NCBI GenBank assembly: GCA_964016885.1 | Contig: OZ024742.1 | Coordinates: 230,206,001-230,270,000, forward strand | From: Eledone cirrhosa | Taxonomy: Eukaryota | Length of the DNA: 64,000 nucleotides | Direction of reading: 5' to 3' | Part shown: one piece after another, positions 1 to 15,000 of the stretch | Layout of the letters: every line of letters begins with the position of its first letter | How positions within the stretch are numbered: position 1 is the stretch's first letter | Made by a program: the position numbers and the translations under genes | The notes under the pieces: generated by a model | What the model saw: only the letters and a program-made list of their open reading frames with translations | What the model was told of the DNA's origin: nothing | Database searches by the model: none

Positions 1-1843
1 CATTGCAGCAGAATATTTTACGTGTAATTTCTATGAAAGTTTGCTATCAGCATCTTGAGGAGGAGAAGAACACCTATTTGAAGAAAGATCGATAGGCGAA
101 TAAATTCTAAGGAGATTTAGAAACAATTGATATTTCAATGGAATGTGGAAGGAAGCATTACTCATAACAGCGATGGCCTAATTTTTAGTGTATTCCTATA
201 TTTAACTGCGAGTAAGGTGGATTATGTGCATTAAATTTCTTTCAATATGTCGATGCAGACATGGCTATCTGGATAAGGAGTTCACTTTGCAAGTACATTG
301 TTCATGGATCGATTCCCGCTTAGCGACAGTTTGTCCAAGTATCTTCTATTATATTCTTTAGTTTAACATTGTGATTGGAATTCAGTAAACCAACCTAAAT
401 TGTATAGTACACCATCGTATGACTATATACGTGTGTGTGTGTTTGTGTGATTATTACCAAGATGTGTATCTCTGAAAGTTTAAAAAAAAAACATGAATGA
501 TATCTGTTTCGTATAAGCTGCATAAGTACTTTTAATCTGGACACATTTATTAATAAAAAAGCGGTATGAAAAAATATATATATATTTAGAACACTAGTAA
601 ATGTTTCTAAATTGTATTTCTCTCGGATACACATAAATAGTATTAGGTAGTTATTTGTAGCTACAAAAAATGCCCAATGGCGTAGGTAAACATTTACTAT
701 ACCTTTCCAATAAATCACAATACAATCTACATTGCTAGAGACCACAAATGACATACATCCCACCAAACTACGCTACTATTTATGTACGTACGTATAAAAC
801 TGAGATGTCGATGCAATTATAATGAAAAGGACTCGATGCCACTGAAAGTAAAGTTCATGTTTTCTGTGGTTTTCAATAACAAAAATTTGGTGTTGAAATC
901 AATGCAAAAAATGTATATGATATTGGACTATAAGTTGAACTTGAGTGTTTGGATTTGGGTTAGATCCATAGAAAAACCACCTAACCTAGTAGTATCAAGT
1001 CATCCAAAGACAAATTCTAGCCTCTTATTCACAGACATGCTGACTAATCCACATGACCTTTCCACCACAAACACAATTGTCTCTGATCCGGATAACAAAA
1101 CAGATTCAATCCTAAATCCACAATGTTCTGCCAACTTATTCCTCTTTTCTGCTCTCATCTCACATGCTGTGTACTCCTCCTGAAACGCCGAAATAACTAC
1201 TACATCACCTTCTTCCTGCGCAGAAATCTGGGCCTCATGTATTCCAAACCTGTTCATATTTTTTCCAAACGTAGTAAACACTTTAAGCGGAACATTAACA
1301 TCATCAACCTCTCCGTTGTCGGAAAACTTTGGAATCGAAAGACATTGATACTTTCTCTAGTTTTAACAAAATAAAAACAGTTTTCATGAAAACAACATTT
1401 ATTTATCAGAAGATATTAGCTTTTTTCATTCAATACATAGTCTCAATTATAGAATTTCAGAAGTATAATTATTAAAAGACGTTCAAATTATTAAGCAAAT
1501 ATCTGACGAGACGTTGAGGGGCGTGTAAATTCTATAATGATATTAAAACTTGTACATTAAATTACCCAGTGGTATTCGTATGAATAATTAAGAATAAAAG
1601 TAAAATGTCTTCTGATATAGAAGTCATAATCATTGTATTGTTTGTAATATATACGATTATCAATTCTAAAAATATGATTGACCTCCGGGTTTCTCCAACT
1701 CCAAAATAACAGACACGGCTCAGACATCGGGAAGTGTTTGTGTTATGTGTTATATTTTCAATTTGATTAGTAGACGAGACAATACAACAGAAAGTCATGT
1801 TAGTAGACAACCTTCACTTTATTATCGACATCACCCTCTAGGA

Positions 1844-2170
<327 letters not shown>

Positions 2171-2366
2171 AAATGGAGAGAGTATTTCTGTACTATCTAT
2201 GTAATTGACAAATCAGTAATATATCAATGTATAATGCTATATACTATAATGATATTTATCCTGATGTCTTAGTAATGCTGTCTACAACAGATATGTATCC
2301 TCCACATTAACAGCACCTGGTAACAGTGTCATCTATGGTCACGTTTATGACTTTGTTGAGCAATAA

Positions 2367-4046
2367 CACCGTCTAACAAAAACATTTTTTTTCTCTGTTC
2401 CTGGCTTGTAATCACTTTTTTGTGTTGCTTAGGTCCCAAATAAATTTAAAAAAGTGCTATTAAACAGTTAAAAGTTTGGGATTATAAAATGTCTAAGCTA
2501 TTCTCTATAATTATTTGTATGCTGGATTTTACGTTGTATGTAAGTTTAATTTACTTATGTTAAATGATTGTTTTATATATGTTTCAGGTTAAATTAAAAT
2601 TATAAAATAAAGAGTAATACGTAAAGAAAATTATAAAAGGGCAATAAAGTATAAAATTGTTAAAACGTGGATTAAAGAGATTTATTGATACTGGATTTTC
2701 GCACCTTGAATAAAGGGTAAGTTGTGTTTTAAGCATTCGTCTCCAGGATGAAGCAGTGGAACTTGGTCAAGGGGGAAGTTCCGGTGAAAAGTCAGAGAAG
2801 TCGATACGAACCTTTCTCAGGCTTTTACACTCTTAGGGGTGGTCTCTGCTTCTGCCATGACATGCCTGGACTATTTGACGTTATTGGGTGCCGTTTATAG
2901 ACATCTCCACCACAAGTTTGAAGGTTGTCCTCCTCCACAATGGAAACAAGTTTCCGACACTGCCCCTATCTCATTTAGTCTGCCTGAAGGAAGATTACTA
3001 CAGTGTGAAAGTCCTCTTGGAAGCTCTGCAATACAACCAGTGCAATTGGGAAATAATTGGAGACTTCAAGATGGTGGCTTTTCTGCTTGGACTCCAAGGA
3101 GGTTTTATCAAATTTCAATGCTTCCTCTGTCATTGGGACAGCAGAGCCACCTCTGACAACTACAAAAGAAAGAACTGGGTGCAGCGAACAGAATTTGAAG
3201 CTGGGACTCGGAACGTTATGTGGGAGCCACTGGTTGATCCCAGGATTGTGCTCATGCCGCCACTGCACATTACATTGGGGTTGATGAAGCAGTTTGCGAA
3301 GGCTCTCAACCAAGAATTAGCCGCCCGCTTTTAAGTACCTTTTGAGTTCTTCCCCAAGTTATCTGAGGTCAGAATCGAAGGTGGAATGTTTGTTGGACCT
3401 TAGATAAGGAAGGTGTTTGAGTCTACCGAACTGTTTCAAGGCAGTTGCTAAGGGCTTTCTGGGCAACTACAGAGCTGAAAACTACCAGCAACTGGTGCAG
3501 GATCTGATAAAGGGTTTAGGCGCCATGGGAAGCAGGATGTCGCTTAAACTCCATATGCTGGACGCTCACCTGAAAAAATTCAAGGACAATATGGGCGCCA
3601 ACTCAAAAAAACAAGGCGAATGATTCCTCCAAGATGTGAAAGAGATAGAGTGTAGGTACCAGGGCCACTACAATGAAAAAATGATGGGGTACTATATCTG
3701 GGGGCTAGTGCAGGAATGCGACCTGGACTACAACCGCAAAGCGAGGAAATCCAGTCATTTCTGACTTGTATAAGTTGCTTTATAAGTGTTATTTGTTTTT
3801 ACTTGTTTCCCTTTGATAAGCTTGTGTAATAAAATAAATATATACTCTGTTGATTTAATTATATGAACTGATAAATTTTTAAAAAATGTGTTTTTTCTTG
3901 AAAAATATGAACATTTCGAAATATCAAACTCCTGACCACAAATCTAAACTTCTGATTAAATAATAGTGTTTTTTTAATATTAATGCGATATAACAAACTA
4001 GGAAATGACACTTAGAACCGGGGAACAAAAAATATGTTTCACGGTG
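2367..4046 (+). mobile_element. Chapaev3-type (CMC superfamily) DNA transposon, internally deleted and decayed
   Basis: Starts CACCGT at 2367 and ends ACGGTG at 4046, with imperfect TIRs extending through a TGTTCC(T/C)GG block. TAA flanks both ends (2364-2366, 4047-4049). Contains transposase remnants. Confidence 0.8.
2888..3764 (+). pseudogene. Chapaev3-like transposase catalytic region with frameshifts and stops
   Basis: Motifs FIDISTTSLKVVLLHNGNK, GDFKMVAFLLGLQGG, CFLCHWDSRA, PPLHITLGLMKQF, MSLKLHMLDAHL and QGE*FLQD are spread over ORFs 2888-3334, 3417-3623 and the downstream frame. Confidence 0.8.
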
Positions 4047-4084
4047 TAATCTGTGTATTAATATTACCTAACTGAATGTAAAAG

Positions 4085-4212
4085 TGTTGAATTGGCAAGC
4101 ATGTTGGATTATTCAATAATATGATTTGCGGTATCCGTTCCGGCTTTCTGGGGTGATTTCAAATCCAGCCATCCTGCTCTTCATCCTTTCGAAACCAATA
4201 AATCAAGTACCA
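4085..4212 (+). mobile_element. Degenerate copy of the main tRNA-derived SINE
   Basis: gaattggca...ttcaaatcc...ttcatcctttcg...aataaatcaagtacc resembles the intact copies at 39563 and 48090. Confidence 0.5.
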
Positions 4213-4231
4213 CCTCTGTGCAGGAATTTAT

Positions 4232-4293
<62 letters not shown>

Positions 4294-7200
4294 CTCTCTC
4301 GAATAAATCAGGTGTGTTTGTTCCAGGAAAAGGATGAGCTTTCACACAGTGTATCACAACGTTGCACCAACGACTCCAGTAGAAATTAAGGACCTATATA
4401 TTTATGTTACTGAAAGTGATGTTTCGTTTTGTATTCTATATGATGGTTCCATGCAATTGTTGTAACTTTAGTTCCAATAAGATACACTCGAACTGGTCAA
4501 CGAGAATGTTTCTTTCATGCCTTAACGTCACCACCCATTTAACTTGGCCACCCACGTTGCTAGAAATAATAATCAAATTTCCGTTAAATCATTCCATAGT
4601 ATATAATAAAAGAAGAGAATCATAGGATAATATATGTCGCAGTGTATTATAACTGGAATTAAAGGAAGCATGCGTTGACGCTTTCTGTGAAGCCCATTAC
4701 CATCCTTTGTAGTAACACATTCACCCTTCTGTCTACCGCAGTTTTTATATAACAACAAACTGAAAAATTAAAGAAAAACGTATTATATTTCTTTACAATG
4801 ATTTATGCAAATATATGACATGTATAATCCAATGAACTGTATTATCTCCTTGATTCTGCCGTTTAATTTCGGTTCAATTACGTAATTCAATGAACCGCCT
4901 TCTTTCCTCGTTCAAATATACTCAATATACTAACTGATTTACTTGAGCCAAATTCAAATTTTCGGTTCATTATTATTTAACCTATTCTTTAATTCGAGTT
5001 CCAATATGAAAACTCAATTATTTATTATTTTCTAGATTCGTTGTTTCATGGTATTTCAAATTTGTAACCCAATGATATGACTGTTTTTTTAACACATCGT
5101 TTGTTTTAAATTCAAATAAACAATCAAATGAACTTTATTTTTTTCTGGATTTTAATTTTTCATTCCAGTTCAAATATATAACCAAATGGACAGCTTGAAT
5201 TTCTTGATTTCAATGTTTAATTCTCAATGATGTTCGTGATATTACCTCTATTTAATTGTAGTTCAAAACAATCTTTATGGTGCCATTGTTTACTATATTT
5301 AAGTCTATATCGAATAATATGGAATCTTTATCATAGTAACTACGAATAATACTACTAAAGAAAATAGGGTCAACAAATAGGTACTTAAAATACTAAAAGC
5401 ATAAAAGAAATTTCCCTTACATCATACTCTATCCACATGGAATAAGGTAGAACTCATTATATGACGCAGTCATATAAATAGTGCTAACATGGCCTTTGAC
5501 AGTCTAAAATTATCAGCCAATTCTTTCTCATACCGTTATATATCGCAGACATAGAAATACTACGAAGAAAGTATCCTCTACATGGCCAATCAAGATTCTA
5601 AAAATTCCAACCAAATCTCCCGCAAACCATATATACCCTCCTTTAAAACGTAACGAGGCATTATATATAACAATCATAGAAATTCCGCTTGAAATAAATA
5701 GGAAATGGTCATGTCTGAAGTACCTTTGATCAAACATCTGCTCTTTCGGGGTTCACCATTAAGGTCACAGACCCTTGACATCACGCTCCCGTGTACATTA
5801 ACACCAACATAATCAGTGAAAATATCAATACAAATAATAATATATTAAATATTCACGAATCCTGCCAGAACGAGCGATAAAAGTAGTAGTTTCATTTACG
5901 AAGTATTAGCGATGTGATGATGCGTTGTAATATAACTTTTTACGCTAAACCTATTTCCAGCAACACCAGTGTAGAATAGTCACTAATTATTATGAGTATA
6001 TTTTTAATAAAACTAATGCATTGTTGTCAGCTTTGTGTATTGATCTATGAACTGCAACAACGTCAACCAAGTGTTTAACTCACTTCCTCCAACCACCCAT
6101 CCACAGATGTATTATATTAAGTATCCTCTCACAAATTAAGTTACCGGCTACATTAGCTCTGTTAATTTCGTGACAATGAACGTTGTGTGACTGCAAAATT
6201 AACATTGTTGCTACATCATAGTCAAACCTGCAGAACAGTTCCATGATTATGTAATTTATTTGTACATCTATTTATTTATTTTTCCATCATTACAATACTT
6301 CAGAAGCAATATAACAGCCATGAATTCGCAATACTATTCATACACCTCTGGGATTGCCAGTCGGCTTAAGCTGTTGAATTCCAGGCTAGCTTCTGAAATA
6401 ATACCTCAACTATAATGGAACGTAAACAATTCGGAAGCAACATGATTATGTCATAGAGACTGCTTTAGTAAAATCCATTTCTATAAAGTAACTTATTTCT
6501 TTGGCTTGCATTGTTTATTTTATTTTATTTTATTTTATTTTTTTACGATGAGCTTTGAGATTAGAGAGAAACCATTCCAGTACCAGGCCTTAGAAGAACT
6601 AAACATTAATGTGATGCAGCTTATAATATTAGTTTTGGACAATTTTATTTTTCTGCTTGCAGCTATCTTAACGGATTCAAATATTTAGAGGGTGGCTCCC
6701 GTTTTGCACAAGTGTGTGTTGCTATAAACTCCGATGTTTCGGCACTTTTTGCGCCCACATAAGTTTGTTTTTTTAAAATCTTTTTTACCTTTTACATGAT
6801 CCAGTGAAAGACAACAAACGGAATTATTGGAGCCGCATTTGGTGTGTCATATTTAATATATAAGAATAGACCATTCGTTGAGGTGACCGGTGTATTGCGT
6901 GCATCTATGACAAGGAAATATTGCCCTTTGTATAGTTCTGTCACACAGAAAGTGTAGTATATCGGGGTAAGTTGTAATTCTTCGGTCAACAATGTTCCTG
7001 CATTCTTCGGTTGGTGTGCTGTCACTGCCCATGTGATGGGGTCTTAATCTTGCTATGCTAGTGTATTTCTTTCTCGTCTCGAGAGCCCGTGATTGGGAGG
7101 CATCGTGTCATTAGAGAGAAGATGGAAACGGCGAAAAGGTGGTGATATTCAAAACCGAGTTGACAGCCATCAAAGTAAAATGTAATTATGGTCAATGCGT

Positions 7201-7563
7201 GTTTTACATGTGCAGCAGATCACCACAATTTTATCAGTTAGGTATCTGACTGGACTATAAAGGGCCACACGACTACAGTAACTACGACCACAACTTTGAA
7301 AGAGACTCTCGGCAAACAAGATACATAAATACATTGTTTCACATTCCAGAGAGAATCTCTTTTTACTGCGCGTTACAAATGCGTTGAGGAGAGGCTGAAC
7401 TCCATTTATGATTTCTCCGTTTCCCATTGGCCTTTAATGTCTTTTGTTTCATGTAGAATGTGTAATCCTTATTGGCAAATTTACAAGTATATTCTACAAA
7501 GGATAACTGTATAACTACGACATCAGCACTAGCAGCAGAGAACTTATTAATACCAATAGCTAT

Positions 7564-7589
7564 ACTACTACTACTACTACTGCTATTAA

Positions 7590-7673
<84 letters not shown>

Positions 7674-7692
7674 CAACAAAACAACAACAACA

Positions 7693-7744
<52 letters not shown>

Positions 7745-7752
7745 AATGATAA
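7564..7752. repeat. Compound trinucleotide microsatellite (CTA)n(ATA)n(ACA)n
   Basis: Direct reading; it explains the homopolymeric ORFs at 7363-7798. Confidence 0.95.
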
Positions 7753-8300
7753 TGTTTACTGTTTATGTCTGACAAAGCTAGTGAGTGGACTACTTTAAGA
7801 GGAAAGTGTGATGTGATGGTGTATTGTTATTAACGTTTCTAAGCTACAATTATTCTCACCAACATAACTAGCAAGTTGATAGAAATCCCATATAAGAAAA
7901 GTAGCTTTGATGTTCAGAATGATTGGATCCTATAGTGATAGTTATTAACGTCTGTGTAGTGTATAATTCTTTAACTATATTCTACGTACTCTCTGTACAA
8001 TTATAATTTACTGTCATTTTTATAAGCGCTTTCCATTGTCTAATTGGCAATGTCCTTCCATAAGTGAGGTATATTTCTGCGGGCTTCCTGATACCAGTTT
8101 GCTTTCATTGTGTCGAAGAATTGCTTTCCATATATATATATAGAATACAGGGCGTTTTAGGAATTTTGTTGATTATGTCATAACAGTTGTATTATATGTA
8201 TTATATTTGCTAATAATAACTTATTATGTGACCAAGGCCTGAGATTTAGTGAAGATTCCAACATATAATTTATGATGTCATGCCTTTCTTTATAGGTTTG

Positions 8301-8361
<61 letters not shown>

Positions 8362-8429
8362 ATGTGTGCGTGTGACTGAGTGTGTCTGTGTGTCGTATGT
8401 ATGCGTGTCACTAAGTGAGTTCTTTTTTC

Positions 8430-8748
8430 ATGCGCGGGGACATAGAAATAATCGGGTTGGATACCAGATCACGCGGTTAAACCACTGGGAGTTAAGAACC
8501 ACTAGCCTTTGTCAGAGCATTCTTCTTGGAGAAGGCAACTCAAGAAACTGGGATAACTCCGACATAAAACCTGTGGCTCAGTGGTTACCGATGATGTTGA
8601 TCTTTTCTTCTTCTCGGGTTATAGCTACTGTCGCTCAGAGAGTGGGATTGGCTCAGTGCACAGCCTTTCTTCACTTTAAAAATAATCTTCACGTACAGCC
8701 ATTGCACGATAGCAATGGCCATACTCGATGAAGAGGGGGCAGCCATCA
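8430..8748 (+). repeat. Dispersed ~315 bp non-coding repeat, copy 1 (possibly derived from a LINE 5' UTR)
   Basis: Colinear with 37351-37665 from atgcg.gggg to ggcagccatca; followed by (TA)n. Confidence 0.8.
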
Positions 8749-8750
8749 TG

Positions 8751-8798
<48 letters not shown>

Positions 8799-8852
8799 CA
8801 TGATGGCTGCCCCCTATACATGGCTGCCCCCTATACATACATGATGGCTGCC

Positions 8853-8912
<60 letters not shown>

Positions 8913-9181
8913 GTGTGTCTGTATGTGTGTGTGTAATAATAATAAGGAGCAGGAACGGAGTATCAATATGACATCATTATGTTTATTTATAAGTGACACG
9001 CCTTCCGCGATCGACTAGTTCTGGGAACGACCACTAATGATCCGAACTCAGAAAATATCGATAGTTCTCAGACTTGGAGATTCTCAATTGAATTCTTCGA
9101 GAATCCACAAGTCTTATGAGCTGCAAATTCCAGAGTCGGGTCTGATTACTGCCGATCATACCTTGAGCTAATCGATGGCGA

Positions 9182-9366
9182 AACGGGTGTCACGTGTGAA
9201 CGGGTGTCACGTGTGAACGGGTGTCACGTGTGAACGGGTGTCAGTGTGAACGGGTGTCACGTGTGAACGGGTGTCACGTGTGAACGGGTGTCAGTGTGAA
9301 CGGGTGTCACGTGTGATCGGGTGTCACGTGTGAACGAGTGTCACGTGTGAACGGGTGTCACGTGTA
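9182..9366 (+). repeat. 17-bp minisatellite AACGGGTGTCACGTGTG, 11 units
   Basis: Head-to-tail units without spacers; units 4 and 7 share a 1-bp deletion. Confidence 0.95.
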
Positions 9367-9597
9367 AACATAATGATGTTTTATTAATACTTCGTTTCAC
9401 TTCCTAAATATTAAGTATAATATTATTAAAACTCCGCTTCTTTAGGATACCGACAATGGAGAAATATCAAACTTAGAATATCCCATCGACTGCCCAGACA
9501 CATATTTGAATTAAGTGCTCAAACTGGTGAACCAATAGTAACTAAACTTTACACACCAATACACTATATATGTATATTCATATACACACACACGTAT

Positions 9598-10630
<1,033 letters not shown>

Positions 10631-10632
<2 letters not shown>

Positions 10633-11143
10633 AGTATATGTTGGTTGTATACCAACACCTCAGTATGCAGGCTGGAGCAGTCGACGAAGTGCGCAGGTTG
10701 GTTTGGTTACTCCGGAGTAATGTAAAATAAAGTTAAATACAAATTCAAATGTTTAAAATTTAGCTTCGTTTATTACTGTTATAATATATTTCAGTGACAG
10801 CCATCTTTGGCTGTGACCTCTTCAGGCAGTCTGAATTAGTGTGGTATAGACAAGTACATATGTTGTTGAGGTGTATAATTTTGTCAATACTCTGATATGT
10901 CCACTTCCTGGTTGGGATGTTATTTCACTGAGGAACTGTTGAAATAACAACCCAACCAGAAACTGGACATATCAGAGTATTGACAAAATTATACACCTCA
11001 ACAACATATGTACTTGTCTATACCACACTAATTCGGACTGCCTGAAGAGGTCACGGCCAAAGATGGCTGTCACTGAAATATATATAGCAGTAATAAACGA
11101 AGCTAAATTTTAAACATTTGACTTTTTATTTAACTTTATTTTA
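10631..11143. mobile_element. Fold-back palindromic element (family C), ~205-bp arms
   Basis: 10723-10927 is the near-perfect reverse complement of 10940-11143, with a 12-nt spacer; flanked by (TA)n. Confidence 0.9.
11037..11091 (+). ncRNA. Minimal type-I hammerhead ribozyme motif (family C)
   Basis: ACUGC-CUGAAGA-GGUCACGGCC/AAAGAU/GGCUGUCACU-GAAA-UAUAUA-UA^-GCAGU. Stem I is ACUGC/GCAGU. A mirror copy lies on the minus strand at about 10775-10830. Confidence 0.7.
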
Positions 11144-11771
11144 TATATATATATATTTATATATTGCAACCATCAGAGAGAATCTGCCACAATTAGACAA
11201 TTGGAAACATCTTCCATGTCCAATGAAATAACAGGTTCTCTTCTTTTATTTTTTAACTTTCCAGCTTTCATCCGAATCTGCGTTTTAAGCTCAAATTGTC
11301 GCTCCTTCCTCCAGGAGTTATTGACCGGTAGATAGTATCAATAATTGAAATGCAGTTTTCTTTTTCTCGATCTATGAATCTCCTCTTTCGTGATATATTT
11401 TTTTAAAGCATAATTTTAGCAATGACTGAAAATGTACAAATTATGATCTCCTTGAAATGATAATTTATGATGCTGATACATATCTAGAAGATTGACAACA
11501 CAAATATGAAAAAAGGTTTCAATTGAAAAGCTAATCTGAGACCGGTGTTCGTTAGATTTATCCATGCAGTGTTGTACCATTAATTCGAAGTCTTGTCACG
11601 CCAAATCTCCCTGAGAATTAGATGAAGTATGAATGTGTCTCTAGAATGCACACCTCCTTATGATACATTCTACACAGCAAGTAGTACCACTGTTTAAAAA
11701 ACCGGAGCTCTCATCGCCGAAATAGACATAGGTCCGGCCATCACACACCTACGCACACAAACACATTACAC

Positions 11772-11802
<31 letters not shown>

Positions 11803-12008
11803 GTGTGTGTGTGTGTAATTGCTGGCCTTGTGCCAAAAGTAGAAACAATTATATACCGGATGACTGATAAATATGATTACCGAGATGAAAAGAATGCTAC
11901 ACATCATTTTGTGACAAGAGGACACCGACATGTCATTTGAATCATCGCATTCATATGTATATATATATATATATATATATAGTAATAATATAGTAATCTG
12001 TTATTTTA

Positions 12009-12083
<75 letters not shown>

Positions 12084-15000
12084 CTAGCAGTTTAGCCCGG
12101 CGTTGCTCGGGTTTATTCATTTGCTATGAAAAGTTACATACAGGTAAACGTGACTTGAAAGCGAATAAGCTTATCAATTAAGTGCATAAAGCAGTTGAAC
12201 CGGTTATTAAAAGTTATGAACCAATTAGCATTTTGGACAATGATGGGTTAATAATCTTCCAATAGCGAATTTAGCAGACCAAATTTGCAAGATGGTGGCC
12301 CTGATGTCACATCTGTCCACCATGGGTGATCCTACCAGGAAATTGTTTTCCAGACGGCATAGCTCCAACACCTCCAACACCAGCACCAACATCTATAGCA
12401 CCTCTTTGTAGTCGATATTGCGTGTCATCCCATGAGGAGTGTAAGAAAAAAGTGCATTCCTGCTCGCTACGTAGGAACAGGCAACATAAAGTTGCCCATA
12501 GGAGAAGCATGGCTCCCCCAAATGGATGCCCGCCACCGACAATGTTTGCCCTTGTGACTTGTTAATGGACATGGCAAAACATGGTCTCATCGGGAATTGG
12601 GGTCGCCGGAAATCGAACGGGATATCTGACGCCGAGGGGAAAAGGTTCATCCTTGGAATGAAAACATTCTCCCCTCTCCCGCACCCCGTTATAATGGTGG
12701 CCTCAATCAAGTGGGGCGTCAGTGACTTGACGACCATGCGAGTACCGTTGCACTGCTTTGGTGAGCGCAAGTTCTTTATTAGCATAATGAGACAGCCAAC
12801 CCTAAGCTTAAGCATGTGAGGTGGGAGCCCTGGAGGCTCAAGGGAATTTAATAACTCAACCGGATAATTAACGATATCGTCGGGGTCTGATGATATCGTC
12901 GGGTTGATAGATTTGAAGAATTGCTCTTTACAGGGAATTTTCTCAATCACCTGTTCGTTAATAAAATTAACCATGGCATTTTTCGGAGCAAGGGTGGCTC
13001 TTTCGCTGAGCCAATCGAAGTTTTTAAAGTTAGATGAGACATTAGGAAAAACTGCCTCCCAAAGTTCAGAAGGGCTGCTCACAATGTTGCACAAGGAGTC
13101 GATTGCTATGCCTCCCTTGTGTTCCGCAGGGACCTTGCCCTCACCAAGTGCTAAAATGTTCTGAGCAAATGCTGCAGACATGTTGTCACCATGCAAATGA
13201 GCACGCATATTTGTGCTCAGGTACAAAGTCTTCACCTGGGTCCACAACGTGGACGATTAAAGCACGCACGCACTTCATCAGCTCTTGTCCCTTTGGGGAT
13301 GACAGGCAGCGTTTGCCGAAAATACCCTGATAGCAGAAGGGTTACGCCATCCATAGGAGCCGTAGAATCCCTAATGTCTTTGAGAGTCCTGTCCAATGCC
13401 TCAGGGGCACCCTTGTGTGCCATTGTGCACTAATCCCAAACAATGAGGCAACATCTTTTGAGAACCAGAGCTTCGTGTGAGCTCTTGCTGATATTGCATG
13501 TTGGTGTCTCAGTTTTTACTAAATCCAAGGGGAGTTTAAAGGTTGAATGTGCTGTCCTGCCTCTCGGCAGCAAAGTAGCACCGATCCCGGACGATGCAAC
13601 GGCCAACGCAATTTTTTTCTCCTGACGAATCTTAGCGGGAATCAATTTTGTTACAAAAGTTTTTCCGGTGCCCCCAGGAGCATCGAGAAAGTAAAGACCC
13701 CCAGTCTGATTTTGAACCGCGTCAATGATAATTAAATAGGCCAACCTTTGGTCCGACAGACATTTGGGCTCATTTTCCTCTAAGTATTGGGAAAGAGATT
13801 CGATGTCATATGCTGTTTCCCGCAACAAATCCGGGGCCAACGTGTTAGCTTCATCTGTGACGGTTGACGACAAGTCATACGTCGTCAACTCACTCCCACC
13901 CATGTCGAGGAGGGTGTCCTCAATATCAATGACTGCCCTGTTGTAGATAATGCCGCTCTAAGCAACTTCCACTGAAGGATACTGCAGATGAGCCAGGCGC
14001 AGGAAATCCTCAGACCTGAAGTCTCTGTACTTGACCCATAAAGATTTGGGATCACCCAATTCACATTTTTGAAGCGAAATGGCAAAGAGTTCCCGTAGAC
14101 CTTTAGGTGATTTCAACAAAGCACCCTCTGCTAAAGTGGAATCCCACTGCGAATCATCTTCCAAAAGACCACGCTTAAAGCAGGCTTCCCGGTACGTATC
14201 ATATATTTCTCCATCAACAGTTTTGAGGTCCTGAAAACTTTGTGGGCCTACAACTTCATGCAGAAGAAGGCGGAGATGAAAGCACTCATGCTGAATTGGG
14301 GGCACAGTGTAAACCCTTCCAAGACAGCTGTAAACTTTTACACCGGGATGTCTTTCAACAGCCTGACCTGACTTTCTTCGCACCCAAGTGTTTTTCGACC
14401 ATATAAAGTCGGATGGAACCTGGGAGTACACTATTGTTTGCGCAAATATCGAACTGGCAAAGTTTGAAGAAACCTTTCAGAGTGGTCTCTTTCGGATCGG
14501 CGGCCAGCTTGGCGGCAGTTTGGTCCGTAAAGTAAACCCTTTGCCCATTTTCCAAATGTACCGCAAGCTGTACGATGGCGGGGTGCCGTTGGTGTAGGGG
14601 AAACCAAATAGGCGCCAAAAAGCTTCATTGCTACTGATGTACCGCCCCGCAATGTATTCTGTGACCTCATCAGAGCCCTTATTTACATATTTGCATATGT
14701 ATTTTATAGACTTGACGGAGTTGCAAAACTCAACTTTGATGTGGGCGTTGAACATCTTCAAGAGAAGCGGGCAGTAAGGGACCACTCATCTATTGTCGAC
14801 TTGACCCCCTTTACTGTTGTGGTGAAGCCACCGTTCTCGGGCCGTCTCCGCCTGTACAGGGGTACCCATCGCCACCAGTCTGAGTATCGTCAACAAATTT
14901 TGGAGAGTATGCCTTACTGCACGACCCCCCCCCCCCCTTTCAGACACGTGTGATGCTCATTAGGACCCGACGCACACGGACCATGTTAGCTTTGACGATG

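Noticed and set aside
760-1374. Overlapping ORFs as a host exon
   Set aside because: No recognisable domain in any frame and no convincing splice context; a database search is needed.
5330-5780. Possible old PLE endonuclease remnant
   Set aside because: Only vague motif resemblance; I could not reconstruct a frame.
9182-9366. CRISPR-like array
   Set aside because: Units are contiguous with no unique spacers, there are no cas genes, and the context is eukaryotic.
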